Positions 8,701-17,332 of a stretch of 64,000 nt of DNA are shown in pieces. A program made the position numbers and the translations under genes. The stretch covers positions 17,560 to 81,559 of the IMG/VR virus record IMGVR_UViG_3300005841_000936. The stretch is one strand, 5' to 3'. Source of the DNA: a virus. Below the pieces are notes generated by a model. The model did not search any database and was not told the origin of the DNA. It was given only the letters and a program-made list of their open reading frames with translations. Position 1 is the stretch's first letter. Each line of letters opens with the position of its first letter.

Positions 8701-10313
8701 TCCATTGCGCGTTCATTGGCCTTGGCGGCGGCGCCGGACGTAGCAAACGACAACTGCAATTCATCCATCACGTCGACGTTATTTTTTGCGACGAGATAGA
8801 AGGCCGCAGCCCTCGTTTCCAAGCCGGCGTAAGCCTGCCCTGCCCCGAAGCCCGCTTGCTTCAGAGTGTCGAGCACCGCAGGTAGACCGCGCACGCTAAC
8901 ATCTACATCGCCAGAGGTTAGCTTCAACAGCTTGAGCTGCTCAGTGAGCTTCTCACTCGGAGCCTGAAGATCAACGAGGAACTGACGAAAGCCAGTGCCG
9001 ATCGTCGACCCACTCTTGATACCAGCCTGCGCAACGGCGCCGACCGTGGCGAGCAATTGCTCGAGCGTAATGTTCTGCTCGTAGGCCGTGGCCCCAACAT
9101 ATTGGATCGCCTGGCCGGTCTGTTGAATGGTGAGCTTGGTTCGATTGAGTGCCGATGTCATAAGATCGGCAACGCGACCGGTCTCTGTAGCCTGAAGCTG
9201 AAAGGAGCCTAGGGCCGACGTAACGAGCTGCACCGCTTCATCTGGCGTCGATCCGGACGCTGTCGCCAACGACGTCACAGCACCAAGAACCTGCTTCATC
9301 TGGCCAGCCGACACGCCAGCCTGCGCGAGAGTCTCTGAGATCTTGATTAGATCGACGATCGCGAAACGCGAGGAACTCCCCACCTCTAGGATCGACTTCT
9401 TCAGACTGATCATCTGCGTGTCAGTTGAATTCGAAATGGCTTGGAGCCGAGCCATTTCGTCTTCAAATTCGATCGCAAATTTTGCGCCGTCACGAAGCAC
9501 ATTGATGGCACCGAATAGCGCCGCACCAGCTCCACCATAAGCAGCAGTGCGCGCAAACACAGTTCCCAGCCCGCCTGATGGCAGGATACTAGACCCCTTC
9601 GAACCGGCTCCCCGAGCACGCTCAGCCGCGGCGAGCTCACGGACCTCGATTGTGGCCCGGGCGACCGCATCTCGATACGCCAGCATATCCGCGGTGATCT
9701 TCTTGGAGCTCGACTTCGGGTCTGTGAGGGTGGTGAAGAGCTGATTGGAAGCAGCGTTCACCGAAGACTTCGTCCCCGAAATATTAAGACCGCCAACCCG
9801 CGCCCGTCCCTCGATCTCCTTCATCTTCCGCTCGAGCGAATTGAGATCCTTAATCGCTTCTTCCGTCTCGAGAGCCTTGCGGACAGAAGCACGAGAGCCC
9901 GTTCCGTTTGGACCACCCGTTAGAGCTATCCGCCTATTGAGCTGATTGAGGCGAGCGCCAAGCGCTTCGACGCTCGTGCTGGCCTCGTCGAGTGAAGCCT
10001 TGTATTCAATCGCGCTGCGCTTGGACTTCGCCAAGGCCTGCTGATTGTTGAGGTTGGTAACGCTGCCCGGCGTGTTCTTCGCAATTGCCTTCTCCGCCGA
10101 GCTGAGAAGAGACTCCCGTTTGACGAACCCAGACAGCGAGGCTTGAAGCTGACGATCGAATTTCTTGGCACTTTCCTCGGCGTCTTTCCCGAGCTGCTTT
10201 ACCTCTTTGGCAATTTTGGCAACGCGCGCATCGACCGCGTCGAACGCGGCCTTCATCCCGCCGCCTTCGGCTACAAGATCAATATCGACATCTTGGGTTT
10301 TGTTGCCGGCCAT
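5775..10313 (-). CDS. Tail tape measure protein with an internal peptidase M15-like domain
   Basis: 1512 aa Ala-rich helical protein; TP901-type core (LAQAG...GIKSGSTIGT); C-terminal GG..V...DSV.A....GEFV motif. Confidence 0.92.
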   Translation of the reverse strand: MAGNKTQDVDIDLVAEGGGMKAAFDAVDARVAKIAKEVKQLGKDAEESAKKFDRQLQASLSGFVKRESLLSSAEKAIAKNTPGSVTNLNNQQALAKSKRSAIEYKASLDEASTSVEALGARLNQLNRRIALTGGPNGTGSRASVRKALETEEAIKDLNSLERKMKEIEGRARVGGLNISGTKSSVNAASNQLFTTLTDPKSSSKKITADMLAYRDAVARATIEVRELAAAERARGAGSKGSSILPSGGLGTVFARTAAYGGAGAALFGAINVLRDGAKFAIEFEDEMARLQAISNSTDTQMISLKKSILEVGSSSRFAIVDLIKISETLAQAGVSAGQMKQVLGAVTSLATASGSTPDEAVQLVTSALGSFQLQATETGRVADLMTSALNRTKLTIQQTGQAIQYVGATAYEQNITLEQLLATVGAVAQAGIKSGSTIGTGFRQFLVDLQAPSEKLTEQLKLLKLTSGDVDVSVRGLPAVLDTLKQAGFGAGQAYAGLETRAAAFYLVAKNNVDVMDELQLSFATSGAAAKANERAMDSLSAQWQRFKNIIGDNLSEEVSRVTVVLKELVRFASDSVESGSFGQTLKSSLVQVAPEALGLVSLFNTLADKLRGTTAESERLATASAEVSEKIQAQQDKIGGLDKEITRLLTQQDTLAGRSTLLAAETVSLSDRFQGLAKYLLNTKGEVLDLVSAMQQLRNEENQTLRQGYIEQGVKAASQRVDAQKTVNSQLRGVRGNDWLMNSLLGNETKALGNLGDPRNIALLRDAADRIEKLSVENAQQLRKLILAQGVVTQATSTERISRIQEQDAGARNSDIGKQFSAKFDQVQPLLDKLSSATDVNKASIRSQVTKILDEIEKIAKDRIPLATSDTSKRFLSAALLDVKSFRQSVEASSAETDQARRAREKAEREANRDANQPLITRQAIIDGFKIVAPYLKAGSGSRDARTQNGLFAAGKTNLDAAHSPHSQPGGNGQDFPFKAETAEAGKREALRIQNALRAQGYSKITVIYETGKGQRQGTGPHFHTSTPVGQRFAAGHDPNAADADGRSQVKTDKLGLATADAALRDNLDDLKYSTSEAVFDAGTKAAKAALDVWADKLREVTDGELANEGASIDTVAERHAEIEEKIRQRTKDFNDAIFDGILKNIDRQMDQIQREFDESLRPAQGRLSIAQGRLSGLGYASNSGKVPDFVQQLSERRVGQAQENLDKETSADLGVQIVKQQALLVRAKADLQRAADSGGQTETATAKVNELAISIAKLTEQKNNLDAALGEGSLLPTTFSVGLTQAIEAYKEASGLNRSFTQDILQNMTPALTTAHQGITTFFTDIMSGSRTVLGAFGDFVKGMVKYFEELAAQALAKGIFNLILGAIGGATAPGGGGAGSAAAAGSHAPFLKGGMVTAISGRYIRNGVPNRDSVHAKIAKGEFVQRKWAVDSVGPEFMQKLNDQGARALQGLGGNAVIAPPARQETNVYVVQEGQRPTMGPNDVIVAVANDILSGGETKKLIRHVAQGG

Positions 10314-10369
10314 CAGATCTGATGGCTACGGCGTTCACCGCGGTGATTTTAGGAGAAAGTGGTGAACCG

Positions 10370-10657
10370 CTATTTCTCGTCAGGAGGGTGTGTCGCCCAG
10401 CTGGCCACATGATCTGGCGCGGGGCACTTATTTGCGATGATCAAAGTTACTATTCGATCAGCTTTCAGAGCAAAGTCCCGATCGTCGTCCTTCAATTTCT
10501 TCTCATATTCCGGAAGAAATTTCGCGGTCTCTAGGTTATGATTATGAACCCACGCCCATAATCTCTCATTCTCCACAAAATCAGCCGTCAGTTTAACGCA
10601 GACGGGTCTTTCGGTTGAGGTGGATAGGAGGGCGGCAGCAAGAAGGATGGCTATCAT
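10370..10657 (-). CDS. Small exported protein (moron-like)
   Basis: Hydrophobic signal-like N-terminus MIAILLAAALL, two Cys, lower GC than neighbours. Confidence 0.6.
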   Translation of the reverse strand: MIAILLAAALLSTSTERPVCVKLTADFVENERLWAWVHNHNLETAKFLPEYEKKLKDDDRDFALKADRIVTLIIANKCPAPDHVASWATHPPDEK

Positions 10658-10672
10658 CCTGCCCCTGTACCG

Positions 10673-11377
10673 CTATGTGGCCTCACCGACAACAGGGTCT
10701 CCGCGGACAACGGCTACAAAGATCGCCCCGTAACTGAGCATGCCATCGGAAGTGGGGTCGACAATCAGTTGACCATCACTGACCATTTGCTCGAGCTGAG
10801 CACGGAGAGCATCCCAATCGACAGCGGCTCGCTCGAATTGATCCGTGCCCGAAGCTTCCTTCTTCGTGATACGCACAGGCAAAGTGGCCAGCAGCCGCAA
10901 AGCAGCGTATGCTTCGATCGCATCAGCAAGCACCATCTGGGTGTAACCGTCACTGGTCTGAAGCCCAGCCAAAGCCGTGGCCCCTACCCTGCTTCGAAAG
11001 GCTCCGTAAGCTGAGATCAGGTTGATGTCGTCATCGCTCAGCTCATGTGGTTCTAGACCGAGCTTTCTCCGGACCCCTTCAGGACTCACTCCAAAAGGAA
11101 GAAATCCCTCAAGACGATATCGAAAGTATCCGGTCACTGCCTCGCCATTGACGAGGTAATTCCATCGAAGCTCCCGCGGGCCAACGACCTCATCATCACT
11201 GAGACTATTGTCAGAATCCAAAACAGTAATGAGTGCGTGCGTGGCACCGTCAACAGGCGTTACGAGTCCACCTGCAACCGGCGTGTTTGCGGCGTCGAGT
11301 ATCGACCAGACAATATCACCGTCGGGAAACCCGGTCGTAAACTCTACCAGGTGGGTGAGCGTGTCACCGTCACGCAT
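10673..11377 (-). CDS. Putative head-tail adaptor
   Basis: 234 aa, downstream of the capsid gene; 'VRRKLGL...ELSDDDI' adaptor-like segment. Confidence 0.55.
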   Translation of the reverse strand: MRDGDTLTHLVEFTTGFPDGDIVWSILDAANTPVAGGLVTPVDGATHALITVLDSDNSLSDDEVVGPRELRWNYLVNGEAVTGYFRYRLEGFLPFGVSPEGVRRKLGLEPHELSDDDINLISAYGAFRSRVGATALAGLQTSDGYTQMVLADAIEAYAALRLLATLPVRITKKEASGTDQFERAAVDWDALRAQLEQMVSDGQLIVDPTSDGMLSYGAIFVAVVRGDPVVGEAT

Positions 11378-11838
11378 TACTTCCGCTTCTTGCTTCCGCC
11401 GGGCTTGCCGTCGCCATCATGGTCGAAGGCTGCAAGAGCTGCCGCATCTTCTGCGTCCTTGGCCTCCTGCGCGAGGCGATCGGCCTCTTCGGCCGCTTGC
11501 TCTTCAGCGAGACGGTCGGCTTCTGCGGCGGCATCGGCCTCTGCCTGAAGCTCCACACGACGTGCTTCGGCATTCGCCTCTTGCTCTGCAACCTGACGAG
11601 CCCGTTCGGCTTCAGCTTCAGCTGCCTCACGTTCAGCCTCAGCGAGCTCTTCTTCGGTCGGCTCTGGTTCACCGTCGATCTCTTCGAGGATCTCGACCTG
11701 ACCAATATCAACGCGATCTTGGAGGAAGGCCGTCAACGGCACAGGCTCGGAGGTGGGACCATCCGAAGGAATCTCTTTTCCGCTCTGCGGATCGAGGAGC
11801 ATGAACTCCCCAGTTGTTTCTGCGATGACCATTTTCAT
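11377..11838 (-). CDS. Acidic Glu/Ala-rich phage protein
   Basis: Likely start MKMVIAE after GGAGAG; low-complexity coiled coil; C-terminal DHDGDGKPGGS. Confidence 0.65.
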   Translation of the reverse strand: MKMVIAETTGEFMLLDPQSGKEIPSDGPTSEPVPLTAFLQDRVDIGQVEILEEIDGEPEPTEEELAEAEREAAEAEAERARQVAEQEANAEARRVELQAEADAAAEADRLAEEQAAEEADRLAQEAKDAEDAAALAAFDHDGDGKPGGSKKRK

Positions 11839-11854
11839 AGGGCTCTCCAAGGTA

Positions 11855-11877
11855 AAGGGGAGGCACTGCCTCCCCTT
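11855..11877 (-). terminator. Hairpin after the major capsid gene (weak terminator/mRNA stabiliser)
   Basis: AAGGGGAGGCA-C-TGCCTCCCCTT. Confidence 0.6.
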
Positions 11878-11881
11878 CCTA

Positions 11882-13078
11882 TTAGACGAGGTTCAGAATC
11901 GACCGAGTGTCGCCGAACACCAGGCGGTAGCCGTGGTTCTTCGTGCGGACGTAACGGACCTTCTGGTTCTCGATTGCGCGAACCGACTCTTCGATCTCGG
12001 AGCCGTTCTCGACCAGCTCTTCGACGGTCTCATTCTTGATGAAACCGATGAGCTTGTTCGCCGGCGCTGTCGAGGACACCGCAAAGCGAACATTGAAGTC
12101 AAAACGCGGGTTATCGATCGCGGTCTGGACACCGGCCGCAGCCAGAACTTCCTGCTGGGTCTTGCCCGTGTTGGCGACCGGAGTTGCGAACATGCGAATC
12201 CACTCGAAGTACATGTCGAAGTTGCCCACGACAGTGTCCACCGGAGTGCCCGCCTGAGCGCGCTGGACCAGCCACTTCAGGAAGATTTCCCAGTTCATCC
12301 GACCGGCGACAATCGTCGGCGCACCCGGCATCAGACCTGCAAGGGTCGTCGCAGTCACCACCGGGGCAGCCGCCGAAACGCCATCACCGTTGATCAGAAG
12401 CGACGTCACAATGGCCGTCTGACCGATCGCGACTTCACGCTGCATGCGCGCAGCGTAAGGGGTCACGACATCCAGGCTCGCCCGGCGCTCGAACTCATAG
12501 GTGAATTCGAAGCCACCACCGAACTTGTGGAACTTCACGCTCTTCTCAGAGGTGCGCAGCGAGCGGATCGGAATACGAGCGCCTTCGGCGATGATACCGG
12601 TCTGCTGGTAGTCATCCGCCTTATCATCAATGACCGTGGTGATCATCTCAATGCCATTCACGGTACGGGACTGAGCCAGCATCGGGGTGACATCTTCGAT
12701 CTGATCCTGGCGATACTTCCACTGGACCACATCATCGATCACCTGCGGGAACAGGGCGCGCGTGCCGGGGCTCGACATGAACGTCTCGGCCGCGGCCTGC
12801 AGGACGATGCCGTGCTGGAAGTCGTCACGGATCGGAAGGTTGAGGAAAGCAAGCGCAGCCTCATAACCGTTCAGGTCCGAGCCGGCGAACTGACCCTTGG
12901 AAGGATCAATAGCCAGTCGAAGATAATCGCCCATGTTGAGTTGCAGCGCCTTGGCGTGCTGCACCATGTTCTGCCCAGCACGGAGACTGTCTTGTCCGTT
13001 TTCCGCGAGCAGATCCGCAAGCAGAACCTCTGCGGGTTGGCGATTGCGGGAGAGTTCGAGGATGTTGACGGGCTTCAT
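11882..13078 (-). CDS. Major capsid protein
   Basis: 398 aa; 'IAEGARIP....KFHKFGGGFEFTYE' HK97-fold pattern; follows protease and decoration genes. Confidence 0.88.
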   Translation of the reverse strand: MKPVNILELSRNRQPAEVLLADLLAENGQDSLRAGQNMVQHAKALQLNMGDYLRLAIDPSKGQFAGSDLNGYEAALAFLNLPIRDDFQHGIVLQAAAETFMSSPGTRALFPQVIDDVVQWKYRQDQIEDVTPMLAQSRTVNGIEMITTVIDDKADDYQQTGIIAEGARIPIRSLRTSEKSVKFHKFGGGFEFTYEFERRASLDVVTPYAARMQREVAIGQTAIVTSLLINGDGVSAAAPVVTATTLAGLMPGAPTIVAGRMNWEIFLKWLVQRAQAGTPVDTVVGNFDMYFEWIRMFATPVANTGKTQQEVLAAAGVQTAIDNPRFDFNVRFAVSSTAPANKLIGFIKNETVEELVENGSEIEESVRAIENQKVRYVRTKNHGYRLVFGDTRSILNLV

Positions 13079-13096
13079 GTCTTTGCCTTCCTGGAC

Positions 13097-13501
13097 TTAG
13101 AGGTATTCGACGACGACAAAGTCGGTACCGACCTCGACGCAACGGTTATGCTTGGGCTCGGTCTGGGTCGTGCCCAGTTTGACTTCACCGGCCACGGCCG
13201 ACCCGGTCACGACCGCACCAAGGACGATCGAGTGACCGATCGCGGCAGGGAGCTTTTCTTTGAAGCGGCGCTGAACGGCGCCAACCTTGCCCATGCCCTG
13301 CTGAGTGCGATCTTCGTATGACCACAGTCGGCCAAGAACGACATCGTTGTCCGCAGTCAGCTTGAACTTGTTAGGCCCGCTGGTGTCGATCGTCAGCGCC
13401 TTACCTACGTCGGCCTCAACGATTGCAGCATTGAGATTGTAGGTGAAGATGTGGCTGTCGATCGGAAAACCGTAAGAGACAACCGAATTGGGGAATGCCA
13501 T
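13097..13501 (-). CDS. Head decoration/cement protein
   Basis: 134 aa, between protease and capsid genes. Confidence 0.65.
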   Translation of the reverse strand: MAFPNSVVSYGFPIDSHIFTYNLNAAIVEADVGKALTIDTSGPNKFKLTADNDVVLGRLWSYEDRTQQGMGKVGAVQRRFKEKLPAAIGHSIVLGAVVTGSAVAGEVKLGTTQTEPKHNRCVEVGTDFVVVEYL

Positions 13502-13522
13502 GATCTATTCCTTCGCGGCGGG

Positions 13523-14683
13523 TTAGCGGGTGGAGACTTTGAAGGCAGAGAGCGCGACGGCGCTCGGCTTTGCATCGTCGGTGGCGGGAGCAGCGGTGGT
13601 GACACCGCCAACAGGGAGGATCGCGGTCAGACCAGCGGTCTTCGCATCGATCGCGGCGGTGAGCTCGGCGACAGTCTTCGGGAGCTCAGCGGGAACTTCC
13701 GTACCCGTTGCCGTATGAAGCTTGGTCAGCACGCTCGAGAGATAAACGATCGCGGCATCGGCCTCGTCCGTCTTGTTGCTCTTGTTTGCATCAACAAGCG
13801 CCTGGTTCGCAGTGTTCAGCTCAGCGGTAAGCTCACTCACCCGAGTCTCGGCGGCAGTGACTTTCGCAGCCGATGCTTCGAGAGCCGCAGCATGCGCAGT
13901 GGCCGCAGCCTCGAGAACACCAACCTTCGTGCCTGCGGCAATTAGGTCAGCGGTCAGTTTGTTGGTGTCGATCGTCACAATGTTCTCTCCTCGGGAAGCC
14001 TGGACGACCAGGCCATCAATCTCGAAACCCCGAGCAGCGAGACGCTGCGCGGAAGCAGGAGCGAGCTTTGATCCGGATCGACCGATAATTTTAGGACCGT
14101 CTGCTGCACCGCGGGCAACCAGACTTACCTCGATCAGCTGAGAAAGGCCGACCATGCGGAGATGAACACCGTCGCTGCCGATCTCGTGACCGTTGGAGCA
14201 TGTGCGAGAATACAGGTTTTCAGAAGTGGCCTCTTCGCCAAGGTAGTCGAACTCACACTCGGAGCAGAGATACTGGGTAGGCAAGAACGAGATCGACACC
14301 TCGTCAAGCGAGCCCGCATCGATCTTGGTCGCAAGCTTCTCCTCGGTAGGATCCAAGTAGAAGAGAGTGCGAAGTTCAACGTCCCCCTCTTCGTCATAAT
14401 TGACTGCACCGTGAAAAATTCGACCATGTGGTTGGTCGTCGCCAAAAACGTGATTAGAAATCAGTGGGACGTGACCACCGTTGTTAATACGATCACCGAT
14501 CTGCTGAAGAGTCAGGGGCGAAGCCACGGCCCCTTCCCAAATTGTACCGTTCTTCCCAATCAGGGGCTTGCTATTGAGCGTGATCGCCTCAAAAACGGCA
14601 AAGCCATCGCTGACTTCGACATCGGCGCCAACAGCACCTTTAATCATCGCGATCAGTTGTGGGGTAAGTTCAAGCCGCTTCAT
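13523..14683 (-). CDS. Prohead protease/scaffold
   Basis: H, 'EVSISF' and 'EVSLVARGA' protease motifs, a CxxC-C-H insertion and an Ala-rich coiled-coil C-terminus. Confidence 0.8.
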   Translation of the reverse strand: MKRLELTPQLIAMIKGAVGADVEVSDGFAVFEAITLNSKPLIGKNGTIWEGAVASPLTLQQIGDRINNGGHVPLISNHVFGDDQPHGRIFHGAVNYDEEGDVELRTLFYLDPTEEKLATKIDAGSLDEVSISFLPTQYLCSECEFDYLGEEATSENLYSRTCSNGHEIGSDGVHLRMVGLSQLIEVSLVARGAADGPKIIGRSGSKLAPASAQRLAARGFEIDGLVVQASRGENIVTIDTNKLTADLIAAGTKVGVLEAAATAHAAALEASAAKVTAAETRVSELTAELNTANQALVDANKSNKTDEADAAIVYLSSVLTKLHTATGTEVPAELPKTVAELTAAIDAKTAGLTAILPVGGVTTAAPATDDAKPSAVALSAFKVSTR

Positions 14684-14713
14684 AAAGTCGAAGTAGGCGG
14701 CGAGACTCTTAGG

Positions 14714-14746
14714 ATGCGAGGGAGGACCGGATCACCGGGGTCAACC
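14714..14746 (-). promoter_or_regulatory. Putative late promoter GGTTGAC-N2-CGGTGAT-N9-CCTCGCAT
   Basis: Same three blocks with identical spacing at 17298-17330. Confidence 0.6.
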
Positions 14747-15385
14747 AGGGATAGTACCCACCCTGAAGTCGATCATTGGCATCGCAGCTGTCCCCGCGGC
14801 GAAAGTCGCACTGGTCAGATCCGGCCAAGTGCCGTAAGTCTGCGTGACATTAAGACACGTCAGGCCACCCGACGCTGAAGGGTTGATGTCGGCATGCGTC
14901 GCTGAGCCTATAAGACCCGCCACACCTTTGGCGCCTGCGTTGATGCCTTGGAAAACAGCCGTTGCCGTGTCCTGGTTAAGGGCACCCCAATAGACACCGG
15001 CAGGAAGCACAACCGTCGTATCAATCGGCGCGACGTCGACCAAGGCCACTGCTGTCGTTGAACCCGCGGCGGTGGAGATGAGCGCGTTCCCTGTCGGCAT
15101 TCGGGTAATCGGGTCGGCGGCATAGACAGCGAGCTGGAAATGCTGACCGCTGTGCAACGTGTTGACCCTGACTCCCATCATGTCAATCGTGATCGGTTCA
15201 ACAATAATGAACGGATATAGCTTGATGAGATTTACAGCCAATGCGGTGCCCGCTGCTGCTTGTGTGTTAGGGCTCGTGCTGTACCAGCGCCCCGCGACAT
15301 AGCCAGGGTGGATGAGATTGAACAAGCTGTTCAACTTACCGCGAACAACAGCCTTGGTGTTGCCTATAACGATGGCTTGGCTCAT
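14741..15385 (-). CDS. Putative virion structural/fibre-associated protein
   Basis: Likely start MSQAIVIG; Ala/Thr/Gly-rich beta protein. Confidence 0.6.
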   Translation of the reverse strand: MSQAIVIGNTKAVVRGKLNSLFNLIHPGYVAGRWYSTSPNTQAAAGTALAVNLIKLYPFIIVEPITIDMMGVRVNTLHSGQHFQLAVYAADPITRMPTGNALISTAAGSTTAVALVDVAPIDTTVVLPAGVYWGALNQDTATAVFQGINAGAKGVAGLIGSATHADINPSASGGLTCLNVTQTYGTWPDLTSATFAAGTAAMPMIDFRVGTIPG

Positions 15386-15395
15386 GACATATCCC

Positions 15396-16925
15396 TCACA
15401 AAAATGCAGCTTCGATAGCGGCCTTGTCGAGTTCCGCCTGGATTGCTTGGCCAACACTATTCAAATGGACGCTGTCGGCATTGAAGTATGTAGTGTTCGT
15501 CGGATCCATCAGGCGAGCATCACTGGCCCGATCAGAGACAACGTAACCGTGTGCTGCGGCGCCATCGCGAACGAGCTGGTTATATTTAAGAAGCGCGGTC
15601 AATTTCCAATTGGTGGTTGTGTCGAATGCCAGCCGGCCGAACACCGTCGGGACGACAACACCGTGGAAACCATTTGCCAGTCCCCAAGCAACGAACGGAA
15701 GGGTAGTGGCATTGTAAAAGGCTTCGACCGTAGTCTCAGCATTGCCGGCACTGGTGTAGGTCGCAGCATAGATGTCATTTGATCCACCCGCGATCACCAA
15801 GACATTAGGCACACCAGGCCTGATCGACAGCAGCTCAACATTAGTGCGCGCACCATATTCCGTGACCATCTGCTGACCTCCGCGCCCGCAATTCACAACC
15901 GATGTATTTGGCGCAAAATCTTGCATGCTCGGAACGGTTCGGTTGTATGTTGCGCCCGTGCCGGTGACCAGGCTATCACCCCCATAAACAACATTGCGCG
16001 TGACAGTGGCAACTCGGACAGGAAACACGGTTGCAGCCCAAGCATCCATCGCCGCGATGTCGGCATCACTCGGCGCCGACGAAAAGATGACCGTGGACCA
16101 GTTGGAGTGGAGCGATGAACCCTCCGTCGCACCGTATGTAATCGCAGCGGCGGCGCGGGCTGTTAGAGTTGTCTTGACACCATTTACAAATACAGCTTCA
16201 CTCGCAACCTTACCCACATAAGCAAGGCCTTGAACCTCGTCAGTCGGTAGCACGTTCGTGAACTGACGAGAAAGGCCAGTGGCCTCCGTGACAATGCACC
16301 GGGTCTCGGCAAGAGACACCCCTGCCCCGGTGCCTGCTGCATCCAGAAAGGTGAAGAATGGATCGATTGAATTCGCCAGGCGCATTGTGTTGACCTGGTG
16401 AACGCCAAAGTTAGTGCGATCGAGACCAGCGATTGCTGGAATCTCCATATACTTCTTCTCAACGCGATCCGGATAAAAATCATGCAGCATCGGGCGGAAT
16501 GCGCCTACAGCTCCTAGCGGATTAAAAGCCGGGCGACGTGCCGCGGTAGCCTGCACCTCGTGCCGACGATTACCGCTCTGATCATAGCGAATATCGATGG
16601 TCGCGGTGGATGCTCCGATCCAAACATCAATCACCGCATAATCCGGCCACTGCTTCCCCGTCTGAGGATAGACGTCAAGCGTTGCGCTGTCAGAAGCTCG
16701 CACCAGGCGGAATAGTGGGCCATCGTAGGTGCCAACAATCAATGCCATCCCGTAGACCGCGGCTTTGGAGGCGGACGTATAAGGGAGAAATGTAGCGGGG
16801 CCTTCCCAGACACCGATGTCATCCCAGACACCGATGTCATCCCAGACATCAGATTCCACCAAACCGCGTGTGGCTTTCGTACGCTGTTTGGCAAGCGCCG
16901 AAGGTGTCTGCGGCCCGAGCCGCAT
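15396..16925 (-). CDS. ConA/LamG-like domain + SGNH/GDSL esterase
   Basis: GDSL block I, GGSND block III, DSVH block V; N-terminal 'YDGPLFRLVRASD...YDQSGN' lectin-like motif; likely start MRLGPQ. Confidence 0.82.
   Translation of the reverse strand: MRLGPQTPSALAKQRTKATRGLVESDVWDDIGVWDDIGVWEGPATFLPYTSASKAAVYGMALIVGTYDGPLFRLVRASDSATLDVYPQTGKQWPDYAVIDVWIGASTATIDIRYDQSGNRRHEVQATAARRPAFNPLGAVGAFRPMLHDFYPDRVEKKYMEIPAIAGLDRTNFGVHQVNTMRLANSIDPFFTFLDAAGTGAGVSLAETRCIVTEATGLSRQFTNVLPTDEVQGLAYVGKVASEAVFVNGVKTTLTARAAAAITYGATEGSSLHSNWSTVIFSSAPSDADIAAMDAWAATVFPVRVATVTRNVVYGGDSLVTGTGATYNRTVPSMQDFAPNTSVVNCGRGGQQMVTEYGARTNVELLSIRPGVPNVLVIAGGSNDIYAATYTSAGNAETTVEAFYNATTLPFVAWGLANGFHGVVVPTVFGRLAFDTTTNWKLTALLKYNQLVRDGAAAHGYVVSDRASDARLMDPTNTTYFNADSVHLNSVGQAIQAELDKAAIEAAFL
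16804..16848 (+). repeat. 18-bp tandem repeat x2.5 (encodes VWDDIG repeats)
   Basis: TCCCAGACACCGATGTCA at 16804 and 16822, partial at 16840. Confidence 0.9.
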
Positions 16926-16926
16926 T

Positions 16927-17268
16927 TTAACGTACCTTAAGCGGGGTGCATCGAACGGTGGCAGAAGCCCCCAGCGAGAGCGCCTTAACAGCCACACCGG
17001 CTGTCACAGGAATAACTTCAGGCTGGTTTGCGAAGATTTTGATGGCTGTGCCGTTGTCAACCGCCGCAGCACCGATCGTGTTCACCACAATATCGATGTC
17101 AGTCGATATACGTGCATACTTGCAACCCGCCGGTGGGGTGAGCACCGTTGTGTTGGTGGTTACAGCAGTTTTCGTGCCGTTGACGTGGTCGAAAATAGGA
17201 TCCTGGTCGGCCGGAGCGATGCCCGCGGTCGGCAGGGGATTTGCTGTGCTGATATCTTCGATACGCAT
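16927..17268 (-). CDS. Small virion-associated beta protein
   Basis: 113 aa, AGGA SD, downstream of a promoter motif. Confidence 0.6.
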   Translation of the reverse strand: MRIEDISTANPLPTAGIAPADQDPIFDHVNGTKTAVTTNTTVLTPPAGCKYARISTDIDIVVNTIGAAAVDNGTAIKIFANQPEVIPVTAGVAVKALSLGASATVRCTPLKVR

Positions 17269-17297
17269 AGAGTGTCCTATGCGCGTCGCGACTTGCT

Positions 17298-17330
17298 ATG
17301 CGAGGCTCGTCCTCATCACCGCCGTCAACC
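17298..17330 (-). promoter_or_regulatory. Putative late promoter (second copy)
   Basis: Matches 14714-14746 block for block. Confidence 0.6.
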
Positions 17331-17332
17331 GG

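Noticed and set aside
11753-13321. 522 aa plus-strand ORF
   Set aside because: Antisense shadow of the capsid and decoration genes, typical of high-GC codon bias; no motifs
16804-16848. Tandem repeat as possible CRISPR
   Set aside because: No spacers; in-frame coding repeat; no cas genes
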